A stretch of DNA of 64,000 bases from Patescibacteria group bacterium (GTDB lineage: Bacteria > Patescibacteriota > Microgenomatia > UBA1400 > UBA12028): the NCBI GenBank assembly GCA_035479015.1, contig DATIJC010000002.1, positions 9,777 through 73,776 of the forward strand, read 5' to 3'. Below are positions 8,781 to 18,491 of this stretch, piece by piece. The translations under genes were made by a program, and so were the position numbers. The notes below the pieces were generated by a model. That model was not told the DNA's origin, did no database searches, and saw only the letters and a program-made list of their open reading frames with translations. Position 1 is the stretch's first letter; each line of letters starts with the position of its first letter.

Positions 8781-10895
8781 ATGGGAAAGTTCCAACTCAA
8801 AGCTCCATACACCCCAATGGGTGATCAGCCGCAGTGCATAAATGCACTCACAGCTGGATTTTCTGGTGGAGTGAAAGATCAAGTACTCTTGGGCGTCACT
8901 GGTAGCGGCAAGACATACACCGTGGCCAATGTCATCCAAAACTTACAAAAACCCACCCTAGTGATTGCCCACAACAAGACGCTCGCAGCACAGCTCTACC
9001 AAGAATTCCGTGATTTTTTCCCTGACAACGCGGTCAGTTACTTCGTCTCGTATTACGATTACTATCAGCCGGAAAGTTATATCCCCAGCACAGACACATA
9101 TATTGAAAAAGAGACACAGATCAACGATGAGATCGACAAACTCAGGCTAAGTGCCACAACTAATTTGTTAACACGTCCAGACTGCATTGTGGTGGCTTCC
9201 GTATCATGTATCTATAACCTTGGTTCTCCCGTAGAGTATGGCAAAAATATTTTAGAACTTGTTGAAGGAGAACTACTTTCCCGCCAGAGCATCCTCACGC
9301 AATTAACCAATTTGCAATATGTGCGCAATGACATGGATTTAGCGCGAGGGACATTCAGAGTTCGTGGAGAAAATATTCAAATTTGGCCAGCTTATCAAGA
9401 TAACGCGCTAACTCTACAAATGCTAGGCAACCAGATTGAGAAGATCAAGACTATCGACCCAACTAGCGGCAACACGATAGAGAATGAAAATCCTTCCAAG
9501 CGCTTTGTACTATATCCGGCCAAACATTACACTACAAATCCTCTAACCCAAGAAGAATCCATTGCGCAGATAGAAACGGATTTAAAAATTCGCACAGAGA
9601 CTTTACGCAGTGCAGGAAAAGTGCTTGAGGCATATAGACTGGAGCAGAAAGTTCACTACGACCTCGACATGATACGGGAATTAGGGTTTGTAAATGGTAT
9701 AGAAAATTACTCACGCTACTTCGATGGTAGGAATCCCGGTGATCCACCCTTTACTCTATTGGATTACTTTGCCGAAAACGCAAAGATCTTTCATTCAGGA
9801 TCCTTTTTGACTGTGGTTGATGAAAGTCATATTACTATTCCACAGGTCCGCGGCATGTATAACGGAGATCAATCACGCAAATCCACTCTTATTGATTACG
9901 GTTTCCGCTTGCCATCAGCACTGGATAACCGCCCATTAAAATTTGATGAATTTTTGAGGAACGTTGACCAGACTCTATTTGTCAGCGCTACACCGTCGCC
10001 TTGGGAAGTATCGATGAGCGATGGTCATGTTGTAGAGCAACTTATACGCCCTACGGGCGTGATTGAGCCAATAATCGAGGTCCGCGGCAGCGAAGGACAG
10101 ATTGATAATCTAATCAAAGAAATTATGGCTCGCAAAGCCTTGGGGCAACGTGTTCTGGTCACCACAATTACAAAACGGATGGCAGAAGTACTCACAGATT
10201 ATCTAAATGACGAAAAGAAAGTGACACAGGCTGCAAGCCGTGTCATCCCAGAACCTGGCGTGCAACGCCAAGTATCCGGGATCCAGCTCCTAAAGGTTGC
10301 ATATTTGCACTCTGATATAGAGACTCTAGACCGATTGGATATTTTGGCTGATCTGCGTAGTGGTGTATATGACGTGCTGGTGGGCATAAATCTTCTGCGT
10401 GAAGGCTTAGATTTACCCGAGGTCACACTGGTGGCGATCTTGGATGCAGATAAAGAAGGGTTCTTGCGTTCTGCTCCCTCTTTAATTCAAATCATGGGTC
10501 GAGCAGCACGTCATCAGGATGGCAAAGTGATCTTATATGCTGACCGGGTTACTGGTTCTATGCAAGTTGCCATGGATGAAATTTTCCGCCGGCGCGAAAT
10601 ACAACTCGCCTACAACGAAAAACACAACATTACACCAATCACGATCATCAAGCCGATCCGCAAAGAATTAATCACCCGCAAGAAAGAAGAGACCGAAGAC
10701 TCACCGACGCGAGGAAGAATTCAGTTGGATAAACATACGAAGATAGATCTTGATCAAGTCGACCCCGAAAGCATGACGCCGCAGGATAAAGAAAAGTTAA
10801 AGAAGCAACTCACCCGGAAAATGAATGATGCAGCACGGCTCTGGAACTTCGAGCTAGCTGCAAGGCTGCGCGATACAATCACTACCCTTTCATAA
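8781..10895 (+). CDS. uvrB: Excinuclease ABC subunit B
   Basis: Contains a GDQP motif, helicase motifs (GVTGSGKT) and a UVR domain. The ATG at 8781 gives the typical UvrB N-terminus; the track ORF starts at 8763. Confidence 0.9.
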   Translation: MGKFQLKAPYTPMGDQPQCINALTAGFSGGVKDQVLLGVTGSGKTYTVANVIQNLQKPTLVIAHNKTLAAQLYQEFRDFFPDNAVSYFVSYYDYYQPESYIPSTDTYIEKETQINDEIDKLRLSATTNLLTRPDCIVVASVSCIYNLGSPVEYGKNILELVEGELLSRQSILTQLTNLQYVRNDMDLARGTFRVRGENIQIWPAYQDNALTLQMLGNQIEKIKTIDPTSGNTIENENPSKRFVLYPAKHYTTNPLTQEESIAQIETDLKIRTETLRSAGKVLEAYRLEQKVHYDLDMIRELGFVNGIENYSRYFDGRNPGDPPFTLLDYFAENAKIFHSGSFLTVVDESHITIPQVRGMYNGDQSRKSTLIDYGFRLPSALDNRPLKFDEFLRNVDQTLFVSATPSPWEVSMSDGHVVEQLIRPTGVIEPIIEVRGSEGQIDNLIKEIMARKALGQRVLVTTITKRMAEVLTDYLNDEKKVTQAASRVIPEPGVQRQVSGIQLLKVAYLHSDIETLDRLDILADLRSGVYDVLVGINLLREGLDLPEVTLVAILDADKEGFLRSAPSLIQIMGRAARHQDGKVILYADRVTGSMQVAMDEIFRRREIQLAYNEKHNITPITIIKPIRKELITRKKEETEDSPTRGRIQLDKHTKIDLDQVDPESMTPQDKEKLKKQLTRKMNDAARLWNFELAARLRDTITTLS

Positions 10896-11928
10896 GTCGG
10901 TCAAGCTCCGGTGATAGCTCACGTGCCAATGCACGCAATACGATGAAGACTGGTACCGCCAACAGCGCACCTATTGCACCACCAAATCTCGCACCTCCAA
11001 GGAGTAATACTATTGATATTAATGGACTGATTCCGACTGCGTTACGCATGACTTGTGGGACTATGATGTGATTCTCTAATTGTTGTACCAATATATACAA
11101 AACCAAGGTAACTACACCCATTATTGGAGAAACCAAGAATGACGCCACGAGTATGGCGGGGATCGCTGAAAGCGTTGGCCCGATATTTGGCAGTGCTTCC
11201 AAAATTCCCGCAAGGATAGAAAGCGGCAATGCATACGGAATATTTAAGACTGTCAAACCAATAAATGTCATTATTCCGATCGTTAACATCAAAATGAACT
11301 CTCCGCGTACCCATCCACCTAAGTCTTTTTCAATTTGCGCAACCAACTTCCTTCCCCGTTCTTCTTTATCATCAGTGCGAAATAGTATCATCGCGTACCT
11401 ATAGAGACGGTCCCGCTCTACTAAGAAATAGAGCGACATAACAAGTACCGTAAATAAAGAGAAAATAACAGAGAATGTCGATTGCACAAAATGCAGAACG
11501 GCACCAAGTGATGCTCCATATTGTGAGACCAATCCAGTAAGCTCAGTAGCTGTCAATTGTAAATGTGTCAGTGCTTTCAAGAATGACAAATTCGGCAAGT
11601 CAAATTGTGAGAATAGCCGGATCGTTTGATCCGCGAGCGGCGGTATGAGCGTAGCCCCCATCACCACAAAGAAGCCTACTAAGATCACATACACTACGAG
11701 AATTGCAGCGATACGTGAGAATCGAAGCCGCTGAAGACGGGACACCAAGGGTTCCAGTGCAGTCATTAGCACAAATGCGATCATGAGCAGGATCACGATG
11801 TCGATAGCACGCAAGAATATATACACTGCTGCGATAAATAGACCGATAGAAAACAGGGTCTTCAGTGAGATATCAATACGAAGGTTTTTCATGACTTTAA
11901 TTGTAGCAGTCAATCCATTCAATTTCAC
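10882..11928 (-). CDS. AI-2E family transporter (UPF0118/PerM-like)
   Basis: 348 aa polytopic membrane protein with AI-2E family topology. Confidence 0.65.
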   Translation of the reverse strand: MKLNGLTATIKVMKNLRIDISLKTLFSIGLFIAAVYIFLRAIDIVILLMIAFVLMTALEPLVSRLQRLRFSRIAAILVVYVILVGFFVVMGATLIPPLADQTIRLFSQFDLPNLSFLKALTHLQLTATELTGLVSQYGASLGAVLHFVQSTFSVIFSLFTVLVMSLYFLVERDRLYRYAMILFRTDDKEERGRKLVAQIEKDLGGWVRGEFILMLTIGIMTFIGLTVLNIPYALPLSILAGILEALPNIGPTLSAIPAILVASFLVSPIMGVVTLVLYILVQQLENHIIVPQVMRNAVGISPLISIVLLLGGARFGGAIGALLAVPVFIVLRALARELSPELDRLMKG

Positions 11929-12766
11929 TTCTTGTTTTCCACCACGTCATTTGTCGCTTTGCATACTGCGCTTCATGCAGGGTCCACAATTGGACTAGAC
12001 CGACTTTATCGATTTTTCCCTTTACAAATTCTTCAAGTTCCTTGTACCCCAGTGCGCTCTTTGCCTCTAGCGTCCAGTTGGGATATTTTTCTAGCAGTTT
12101 TTTATACTCTTCTATGGCTCCTTGCTCTAGCCTTTTTATCACCCTGTCTCGGATTCGTTTCTCAAGATCTTCTTTATCTACTCGTAAACCAATCCACACT
12201 GGATCCCGGATAAGGCTAGAAGACGCCTTTACCGGGATGACAGCTGAAGCTGTCACTTCGATCGCTCTGATTAACCGGCGTGGATTATTTCTGTCCGAAT
12301 TGTTCATTAACTGAAATCTCTCGGGATTCAGTTTTTTTAGTCTTTCTTGTAAATCAATTACAGAAAGTTTTTCGAGCACTCCGCGTAGTTCTTGATTTGG
12401 TTTTACGCCTACAGATTCCGGAGTATCTAGTAGTGACAAAAAGTACTGTGGTGTACCGACGACAATAAGTAGTTGATGATCTTCTTCCTCTGACTTTATT
12501 ATTACATTTCGAGCATATTCCACAAACTGTGCCACTGACCACTGTTCATCAGGATCTACCAAATCAACTCCAAAAATTTGGATTTTGGATTTTGGAATTT
12601 GGAATTTATCCAGGTCTTTTCCAGTGACAATATTTTGTCCCCGATACACTTGTTTCGAATCAACTACCAAAATATCTACAGGATTTTTACTCTGACTCGC
12701 GAGCTTTATCGCATAATCAGTTTTCCCTGATGCTGTTGGACCAACTATAACTATTGGAGTGCTCAT
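11897..12766 (-). CDS. miaA: tRNA dimethylallyltransferase
   Basis: Contains the P-loop GPTASGKT and conserved MiaA core. It carries an in-frame heptamer repeat at 12574-12607. Confidence 0.85.
   Translation of the reverse strand: MSTPIVIVGPTASGKTDYAIKLASQSKNPVDILVVDSKQVYRGQNIVTGKDLDKFQIPKSKIQIFGVDLVDPDEQWSVAQFVEYARNVIIKSEEEDHQLLIVVGTPQYFLSLLDTPESVGVKPNQELRGVLEKLSVIDLQERLKKLNPERFQLMNNSDRNNPRRLIRAIEVTASAVIPVKASSSLIRDPVWIGLRVDKEDLEKRIRDRVIKRLEQGAIEEYKKLLEKYPNWTLEAKSALGYKELEEFVKGKIDKVGLVQLWTLHEAQYAKRQMTWWKTRSEIEWIDCYN
12574..12607. repeat. Tandem heptanucleotide repeat (AAATTCC/AAAATCC), in frame within miaA
   Basis: The plus strand reads aaatttggattttggattttggaatttggaattt. On the coding strand it encodes DKFQIPKSKIQIFG. 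Confidence 0.6.
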
Positions 12767-12846
12767 ATTTTAAGGCCGGAGCAGTGATAATTTTTGGACG
12801 CGCAGTCATGTGAAACGCGCGAGCATCCAAAAATGCACTGCGAGGC

Positions 12847-14034
12847 CTACACTACCTTAGGTCTCATGGATAAATTATCTTTATTAATTATTTGATCCAA
12901 GATCTCCCAGCGCCGCTTCTTTTCCTTTTGCGGTACATCATCGGCGTACAATCTAAAACCTGCTGTGCCAGGCCGAGGGCTGTACTGTGCTACAAATCCT
13001 AACTTCCAATCCATCTCTTTAGCAAATTCCACTGTCTCCTCAAATTCACTTACTGTCTCACCAGAGAAACCGACAATGATATCGGAGCCAATCACTACAT
13101 CGGGAACTTTACTTCGAAGTTTTCGAATCAATTCCCGGTAATGTTCTTTTGTGTACCCGCGGTTCATGCGGTAGAGCACGCTGTTACTTCCCGACTGGAC
13201 CGGTAAATGAATGAAGCGATCAATTTTAGGATTGTTTGCGATCTCGCAAATAAGACTATCCGGGAAATCCCAAGGATTACTGGTCAGGAACCTGATAACT
13301 TTGATTTGAGGAAACTTTGAAACCTCCCGCAGCAAATCTACAAACGGAGGCACCCCATCTGCTTTCTCATACTGACTGCTGTTATCCGGAATCTCTTCGC
13401 GGGATAACTGTTCCTGATTCTCCCGCATTAGCATCTTGCGCATTCCTATACCTTCTTTTTCCAATCCCCAGGAGTTCACATTTTGCCCCAGTAGGGTTAC
13501 CTCACTAAAGCCGGAATTTGCCAACCGTTCTACCTCTTCCAAGATACTTTCCATGGAGCGCGACTGTTCACGCCCCCGTGAATACGGAACTATGCAGTAG
13601 GTGCAGAACGAATTACATCCTGCACTTATAGGAACCCAGGCGTGCTTTTTGTCCTTGCGGACTGCAGCCTGATTAAATCCAACCTCGTTAATGGGTAAAA
13701 TTTCATCCACCATGGGGAGAATTTCATAGAGCTTGGTAGCTCCATGATGCGTCATACATCCGGTCAGGATAATTTTGGGACGTTTTTTCCCTGTCAGCGT
13801 GAAATACTTGACTACATTAAGTAGAAACCCTTTGACTCGGTCTTCGGCAGATTGGCGGATTGCACAGGTGTTGACAATAATCTCATCCGCTTTATGCCAG
13901 TCTAGAGTTGCCACAAATCCGCGGGCTTCATAGTCTCCAGCCACTCGCTCAGAATCTGACTTGTTGCTCTGGCACCCGAACGTGTGAATGAAATAGGTTC
14001 TTGAACTCATATCCCTGCCTGCCCTCCAAAACAA
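12847..14034 (-). CDS. miaB: tRNA methylthiotransferase, radical SAM MiaB/RimO family
   Basis: Contains an N-terminal MTTase cysteine motif (FGCQSN...C...C) and a radical SAM CxxxCxxC motif (AGCNSFCTYC). The alternative start M9 at 14010 is likely. Confidence 0.75.
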   Translation of the reverse strand: MFWRAGRDMSSRTYFIHTFGCQSNKSDSERVAGDYEARGFVATLDWHKADEIIVNTCAIRQSAEDRVKGFLLNVVKYFTLTGKKRPKIILTGCMTHHGATKLYEILPMVDEILPINEVGFNQAAVRKDKKHAWVPISAGCNSFCTYCIVPYSRGREQSRSMESILEEVERLANSGFSEVTLLGQNVNSWGLEKEGIGMRKMLMRENQEQLSREEIPDNSSQYEKADGVPPFVDLLREVSKFPQIKVIRFLTSNPWDFPDSLICEIANNPKIDRFIHLPVQSGSNSVLYRMNRGYTKEHYRELIRKLRSKVPDVVIGSDIIVGFSGETVSEFEETVEFAKEMDWKLGFVAQYSPRPGTAGFRLYADDVPQKEKKRRWEILDQIINKDNLSMRPKVV

Positions 14035-14108
14035 TCAGATTGCAATACGGCTGAATAAGCCGTTAGTGTAACATCTGATGTGTAGGAGGGTATTTTAACA
14101 GAGTTGTC

Positions 14109-14714
14109 CTATTTCCCACCGGAAAGCTGACGGTAGATGCTAGCATTGGTGAGGAGCACGACCGGGATGGCTACAAATACGCCTACACCCAGAGCCAACG
14201 CTCCAAGCAACATGATGCCCCAATAGACAATTATCAAGCCCAACAAGTGCAGTACGTTTCCACTCGTGGCTGCCCAACTGGCTTTCAGTGCATCTACTGG
14301 TCCTAGCTTTCTGTCTACCACATAGAATGTCGTCAGACTCAGGCGCAATGCAATATATATACCTGGCAAAACGAGAGCAATGAACCCTAAAAACACACAT
14401 AAACCCATAAGCAGCACAGCGACGAAGTAATTAATAAACAGATCATAGTGCGTATAGAGTTCCTTCCAAACAGGTTTCCTACCGTCAAGAAGCTTTAAGG
14501 CAATGACAATCATGCCAATACCGACGATGAGCTGATATACAAAAGAAAGCAGCATCATACCTGGCTGGGCGAACCTTGGTGTCCCCGCCAACACAATTCT
14601 CGGCACAAAAAATGCGAGGAACTCTACCCCCAGCAGGAACCAAATATTTTTTTTGGTGATCTCCCAAGCCTTGTTTACCGAATCACCTATAGTAAATGAG
14701 CGTGTATTTGCCAT
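14109..14714 (-). CDS. Hypothetical integral membrane protein
   Basis: 201 aa protein with four to five predicted TM helices. Confidence 0.45.
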   Translation of the reverse strand: MANTRSFTIGDSVNKAWEITKKNIWFLLGVEFLAFFVPRIVLAGTPRFAQPGMMLLSFVYQLIVGIGMIVIALKLLDGRKPVWKELYTHYDLFINYFVAVLLMGLCVFLGFIALVLPGIYIALRLSLTTFYVVDRKLGPVDALKASWAATSGNVLHLLGLIIVYWGIMLLGALALGVGVFVAIPVVLLTNASIYRQLSGGK

Positions 14715-14749
14715 ATCTGAATGCCTCCTGAAATAAGAATAGCAAGTCT

Positions 14750-15964
14750 TTATTCGTAGCGCAAGGCCTCTATGGGAGAGAGTTTACTGGCCCGGCGGGC
14801 TGGTATCGCGCCAAAAATAATCCCTATCGCAGCAGATACCCCAAATGCTAGAGCGACTGCCCCAGGAGTCACTACTGCGGGTATAAATTTATTCACGGCA
14901 AGAGTTAATAAATATGCAAGAAGTGTACCAATTGCTCCACCAAACAAAGAGAGAGTAGCCGCTTCAATCACAAATTGCGTGAGAATGACGTTTGGTGTAG
15001 CACCAAGAGCTTTTCGCAGTCCTATTTCGCGCGTCCTCTCAATGACCGAGACCAGCATTATATTCAATATCCCTATACCACCCACTACTAGAGAGATGGC
15101 CGCGATCCCACCCAAGCCAACTGTGAGCACGCCCAGGACTTGATTGATCGTAGACAGAATTTGCGTCTGGTCGACGACAGAGAAATCATCTTTTTTATAT
15201 CTTTTCAAGAGTTCTTTTTTGATTGCGTCAATTGCCTCCGGCATTTTCTCCCGTGAAACTGCTTGTATCGTAATCTGGGTGATATGCGTCCCGTTTGAGG
15301 TTCGCATCAAGAGATCAATAGGCACGTACACGATGGTATCGAAGCTGGGACCACCCAGGCCCCCACTGCCGCGTGACTCAGTCACACCAATAATTTGATA
15401 CGAGACAGATCCAATGCGAATTTTCTTCCCAATCGGATCTGCTTGACCAAATAGCGTCTTGGCGATCTCTGGACCAACTACCGCCACTCTTGCACCCGTC
15501 TTATTTTGCTCATCAGTGAAAAACGTGCCTTTTGTAATCTTTGTGCTGGTTATAGTTTGAAAAGCTTTGGTAGTCCCGTAGATTGTAGTTTTTTTAGAGT
15601 TATTTCCATATGTGACACTGGAAAAAGCAGTAAACTCTGGCGTGGCGTCAACAACAAATTCGCGTAAACGTAAGATTGAATCAACATCGCGCAGCACTAA
15701 TTTATTCGTAGCGATTGCCGACTGTTGACTTTGTGGATTGAAACCGCCACCACCGAAAATATCTCCTGGCAACACATAAATATTCGTCGCACCAAATGAA
15801 TTAAACTGTTTCGTAATGTAGGCTTGGATTCCATTTCCAATTGCGGTGAGTAGTATGACGGAAGCGACGCCAATGATGATCCCGAGCATCGTGAGAAACG
15901 AGCGTGTCTTATTGGTAAAGATCGCATGTATCGCAATTGCGAATGCACTAGTAAATGATTCCAT
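14750..15964 (-). CDS. ABC transporter permease, FtsX/MacB-type
   Basis: 404 aa protein with an N-terminal TM helix, a large periplasmic domain and a C-terminal FtsX TM bundle. Confidence 0.75.
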   Translation of the reverse strand: MESFTSAFAIAIHAIFTNKTRSFLTMLGIIIGVASVILLTAIGNGIQAYITKQFNSFGATNIYVLPGDIFGGGGFNPQSQQSAIATNKLVLRDVDSILRLREFVVDATPEFTAFSSVTYGNNSKKTTIYGTTKAFQTITSTKITKGTFFTDEQNKTGARVAVVGPEIAKTLFGQADPIGKKIRIGSVSYQIIGVTESRGSGGLGGPSFDTIVYVPIDLLMRTSNGTHITQITIQAVSREKMPEAIDAIKKELLKRYKKDDFSVVDQTQILSTINQVLGVLTVGLGGIAAISLVVGGIGILNIMLVSVIERTREIGLRKALGATPNVILTQFVIEAATLSLFGGAIGTLLAYLLTLAVNKFIPAVVTPGAVALAFGVSAAIGIIFGAIPARRASKLSPIEALRYE

Positions 15965-15976
15965 AGTATTTTTGTT

Positions 15977-16008
15977 GTCATTCCTGCGAAGGCAGGAATC
16001 CAGTCAAC
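15977..16008. repeat. Palindromic REP/MITE-like element, copy A (GTCATTCCTGCGAAGGCAGGAATCCAGTCAAC)
   Basis: Perfect hairpin with an 8-11 bp stem and a GAAG loop; it is intergenic. The consensus recurs at 16698, 38254, 47821, 58609 and 58668. Confidence 0.7.
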
Positions 16009-16018
16009 AAAGATCCAA

Positions 16019-16684
16019 TTATGCTATCTGTTTTAAGATATTCTTTCTTGTATATTCGACATCCCTGGATTTAGTCGCCAAATCGAGCATGATATTTACA
16101 CCATCTATTATTCCTAACCTGTTACGCACGATATACGCAACCCCATCAATTGCAATGGAAAATGGTTTTATTTCTTCTCCAAAAATTGATGCTACAATCT
16201 TTTTTATTTCGTTCTCCGAAAGAGTGGTGTCTATATCAATTTGAACATGTGGTAACCAATATTCAGCTCGCTGATCACTTGTTTTTTCAATCGGAACCAT
16301 TTCAATCATCGGATCTTTCCAATTGCTAGTATCACCTACGAAAAACCATAACCCTTCATCATTGGATGGTTCAATATATAAATGAAGTTTAGGATTAATG
16401 GACCGAATTAGTCTTTCTTGTTCCAACTTTTGTGATTCAACTTTGTAACAAAAGCCTACGTGGTTCAATCTAACGATAGCTTTTTTTTGAGTCAATTCAC
16501 GTATAAGTTGTTTGACACGTTTTATTTCAACAAACTGATCTTTAAGAATACTTTTATGAGCCAATAACAACGGCATGATTTCACCAACTGGCTTAAGATT
16601 TTGTTCGTCAATAAAATTCGCCAAATTAGTAGTGGGAAGCTCTTCTGAAATTTCGTTTAACATCCTTGTTAATTTCGATTGCAT
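16019..16684 (-). CDS. Hypothetical protein inserted between the ABC ATPase and FtsX permease genes
   Basis: 221 aa soluble protein with no recognised motif. It is flanked on both sides by inverted copies of the palindromic element. Confidence 0.5.
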   Translation of the reverse strand: MQSKLTRMLNEISEELPTTNLANFIDEQNLKPVGEIMPLLLAHKSILKDQFVEIKRVKQLIRELTQKKAIVRLNHVGFCYKVESQKLEQERLIRSINPKLHLYIEPSNDEGLWFFVGDTSNWKDPMIEMVPIEKTSDQRAEYWLPHVQIDIDTTLSENEIKKIVASIFGEEIKPFSIAIDGVAYIVRNRLGIIDGVNIMLDLATKSRDVEYTRKNILKQIA

Positions 16685-16697
16685 ATTGAGTTACTTA

Positions 16698-16728
16698 TTG
16701 TCTGGATCCCTGCCTTCGCAGGGATGAC
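16698..16728. repeat. Palindromic REP/MITE-like element, copy B (inverted orientation, compensatory variant)
   Basis: The plus strand reads ttgtctggatccctgccttcgcagggatgac. Stem changes T to C and A to G are paired, so the hairpin is conserved. Confidence 0.7.
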
Positions 16729-16737
16729 AGACATAAA

Positions 16738-17430
16738 TTATTTTATTTTCTTGTGTTTTGAGTCCGAAAGGATTTTTCCATCTCTCACGATAATCTGACG
16801 CTTGGCGTGCTGGGCGATCTCCTGTTCATGTGTTACCAGCACAATGGTTGCGCCTTCATCTTTGTGCAGTTTGCCAAAGAGCTCGATAATCTCATCGCTA
16901 GATTTACTATCCAGATTCCCCGTCGGTTCGTCAGCAAAAATGATAGCAGGCTTAGTGACTAGTGCTCTAGCAATGGCGACACGCTGTTGTTGACCGCCGG
17001 AGAGCTGCGAGCGGGTGTTATGTATCCGATCTCCCAAGCCTACACGCTCTAATTCTTCCCGCGCCCGGCGTTCACGCTCCGCCGCAGAGACATTGCCATA
17101 CAAAAGGGGAAGTGCAACATTCTCTAGTGCTGATACTTTTGGGAGTAAATTAAATTGCTGGAAGACAAAACCGATCTCTCTATTTCGAAGACCCGCTAAT
17201 TGCGTTTCATTATATTTTTGCACTTGTTTATCTTTGAGCCAGACTTCACCCACTGTTGGGACATCTAACATACTCATAATATGAAGCAGCGTGGACTTGC
17301 CCGATCCCGAAGGTCCCATGATACTTACATACTCTCCGGCATCAATATCCAAGCTCAAGTCATCCAGGGCATTAATTTGTTGATCACCAAGACTATAGAT
17401 CTTGGAAACATGAACGAGGCGAAGAAGCAT
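16738..17430 (-). CDS. ABC transporter ATP-binding protein (MacB/LolD-like)
   Basis: Contains Walker A (GPSGSGKST), the ABC signature (LSGGQQQRVAIARAL) and Walker B. Confidence 0.85.
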   Translation of the reverse strand: MLLRLVHVSKIYSLGDQQINALDDLSLDIDAGEYVSIMGPSGSGKSTLLHIMSMLDVPTVGEVWLKDKQVQKYNETQLAGLRNREIGFVFQQFNLLPKVSALENVALPLLYGNVSAAERERRAREELERVGLGDRIHNTRSQLSGGQQQRVAIARALVTKPAIIFADEPTGNLDSKSSDEIIELFGKLHKDEGATIVLVTHEQEIAQHAKRQIIVRDGKILSDSKHKKIK

Positions 17431-17438
17431 ATATGATC

Positions 17439-18473
17439 CTATTTAGGAATTGCAATCGAATCGGATTGTGAAATTCCGGAAAGTATCTCAATCGCGGTGT
17501 CGCCTTCCAGACCAATTTGAACCTCTTGTTCTTTTGGCTTGTTTGGATCAGATGTTTGTACTCGCACATATGTTTTCCCGTCATGGGAAACCGTAGCGTC
17601 AGCGGGAACTGTCAATACATTGCTTTTTTTGGCAACCTCAATATGCATGCTGCCTGTAAGACCTAGGCGGAACATTCGGACATCCTCACCCAGCACCGGC
17701 GCACGGACAACAAAGACTGTTCCCCCACTCGTATCCGACGAAATGCTTGCAACGTAGGCAATTTTTCCCAAAGTCGTAGTAAAATCTTTCTCCTGATATG
17801 CATCAAGCTTCACCGTCACTGGCATACCAGACGAGACAGATCCAATATCAGATTCATCTACTTCGCCGACGAACTCTAGTGACATTGGGTCCACGATCGT
17901 AAATGTGTCCGCAGCAGTGACATACTCACCAGCTACAGTGACAGGAGATTTTACTAAGATCCCATCTATCGGAGACACCAGTGAACTATTTTTTATTGCA
18001 ATGCTTTGAAGCTGTACTCCTATGACAGCATTATCTAAAGATAGTTGCTGCGTTTTTGCCAGCGTCTCTAGCGTACTGGTGATCGCGCTATCTTTTCTAT
18101 CTTTCAGTCCTTGCTCAAAGGACAACCGGTTCGTCATGTAGTCATTTAATGATTTCTGCAAACTCGCCCGCAGGTCTGCCGTATCGATTGTTGCAATACG
18201 CTGTCCCTTTTTGACGCTGTCACCTTCTTGTGCTCCCACCCAAACGATTTTCCCCCCGCCCAAAAACTTCAAGTCACTTGTACGCGCGGCGCTGACACGT
18301 GCCGTCACATCCAAGGTCTTTACCACATCCTGACGGATTGGATTTTGATATGCAAAGAGTACCTCTGGCTTTTTCCGCAATCTGCCCATCACAATAACGA
18401 GCAGAATAAGTGCAATTAGTACAAGGTACCAGCGTTTTTTTAAGAGCGAAACAATCTTTGAAAAAATTGCCAT
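17439..18473 (-). CDS. Efflux transporter periplasmic adaptor subunit (HlyD/MacA family)
   Basis: 344 aa protein with an N-terminal TM anchor followed by coiled-coil, lipoyl and beta-barrel adaptor architecture. It sits in an operon with the ABC ATPase. Confidence 0.7.
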   Translation of the reverse strand: MAIFSKIVSLLKKRWYLVLIALILLVIVMGRLRKKPEVLFAYQNPIRQDVVKTLDVTARVSAARTSDLKFLGGGKIVWVGAQEGDSVKKGQRIATIDTADLRASLQKSLNDYMTNRLSFEQGLKDRKDSAITSTLETLAKTQQLSLDNAVIGVQLQSIAIKNSSLVSPIDGILVKSPVTVAGEYVTAADTFTIVDPMSLEFVGEVDESDIGSVSSGMPVTVKLDAYQEKDFTTTLGKIAYVASISSDTSGGTVFVVRAPVLGEDVRMFRLGLTGSMHIEVAKKSNVLTVPADATVSHDGKTYVRVQTSDPNKPKEQEVQIGLEGDTAIEILSGISQSDSIAIPK

Positions 18474-18491
18474 AACGCGTTATTATACCTC

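Noticed and set aside
15846-16244. 132-aa plus-strand ORF across the FtsX-permease/hypothetical junction
   Set aside because: It is antisense to two real genes and reads through palindromic element copy A (giving SFLRRQESSQ, the same element-derived peptide as elsewhere). It is an artifact of the repeat's open frame.
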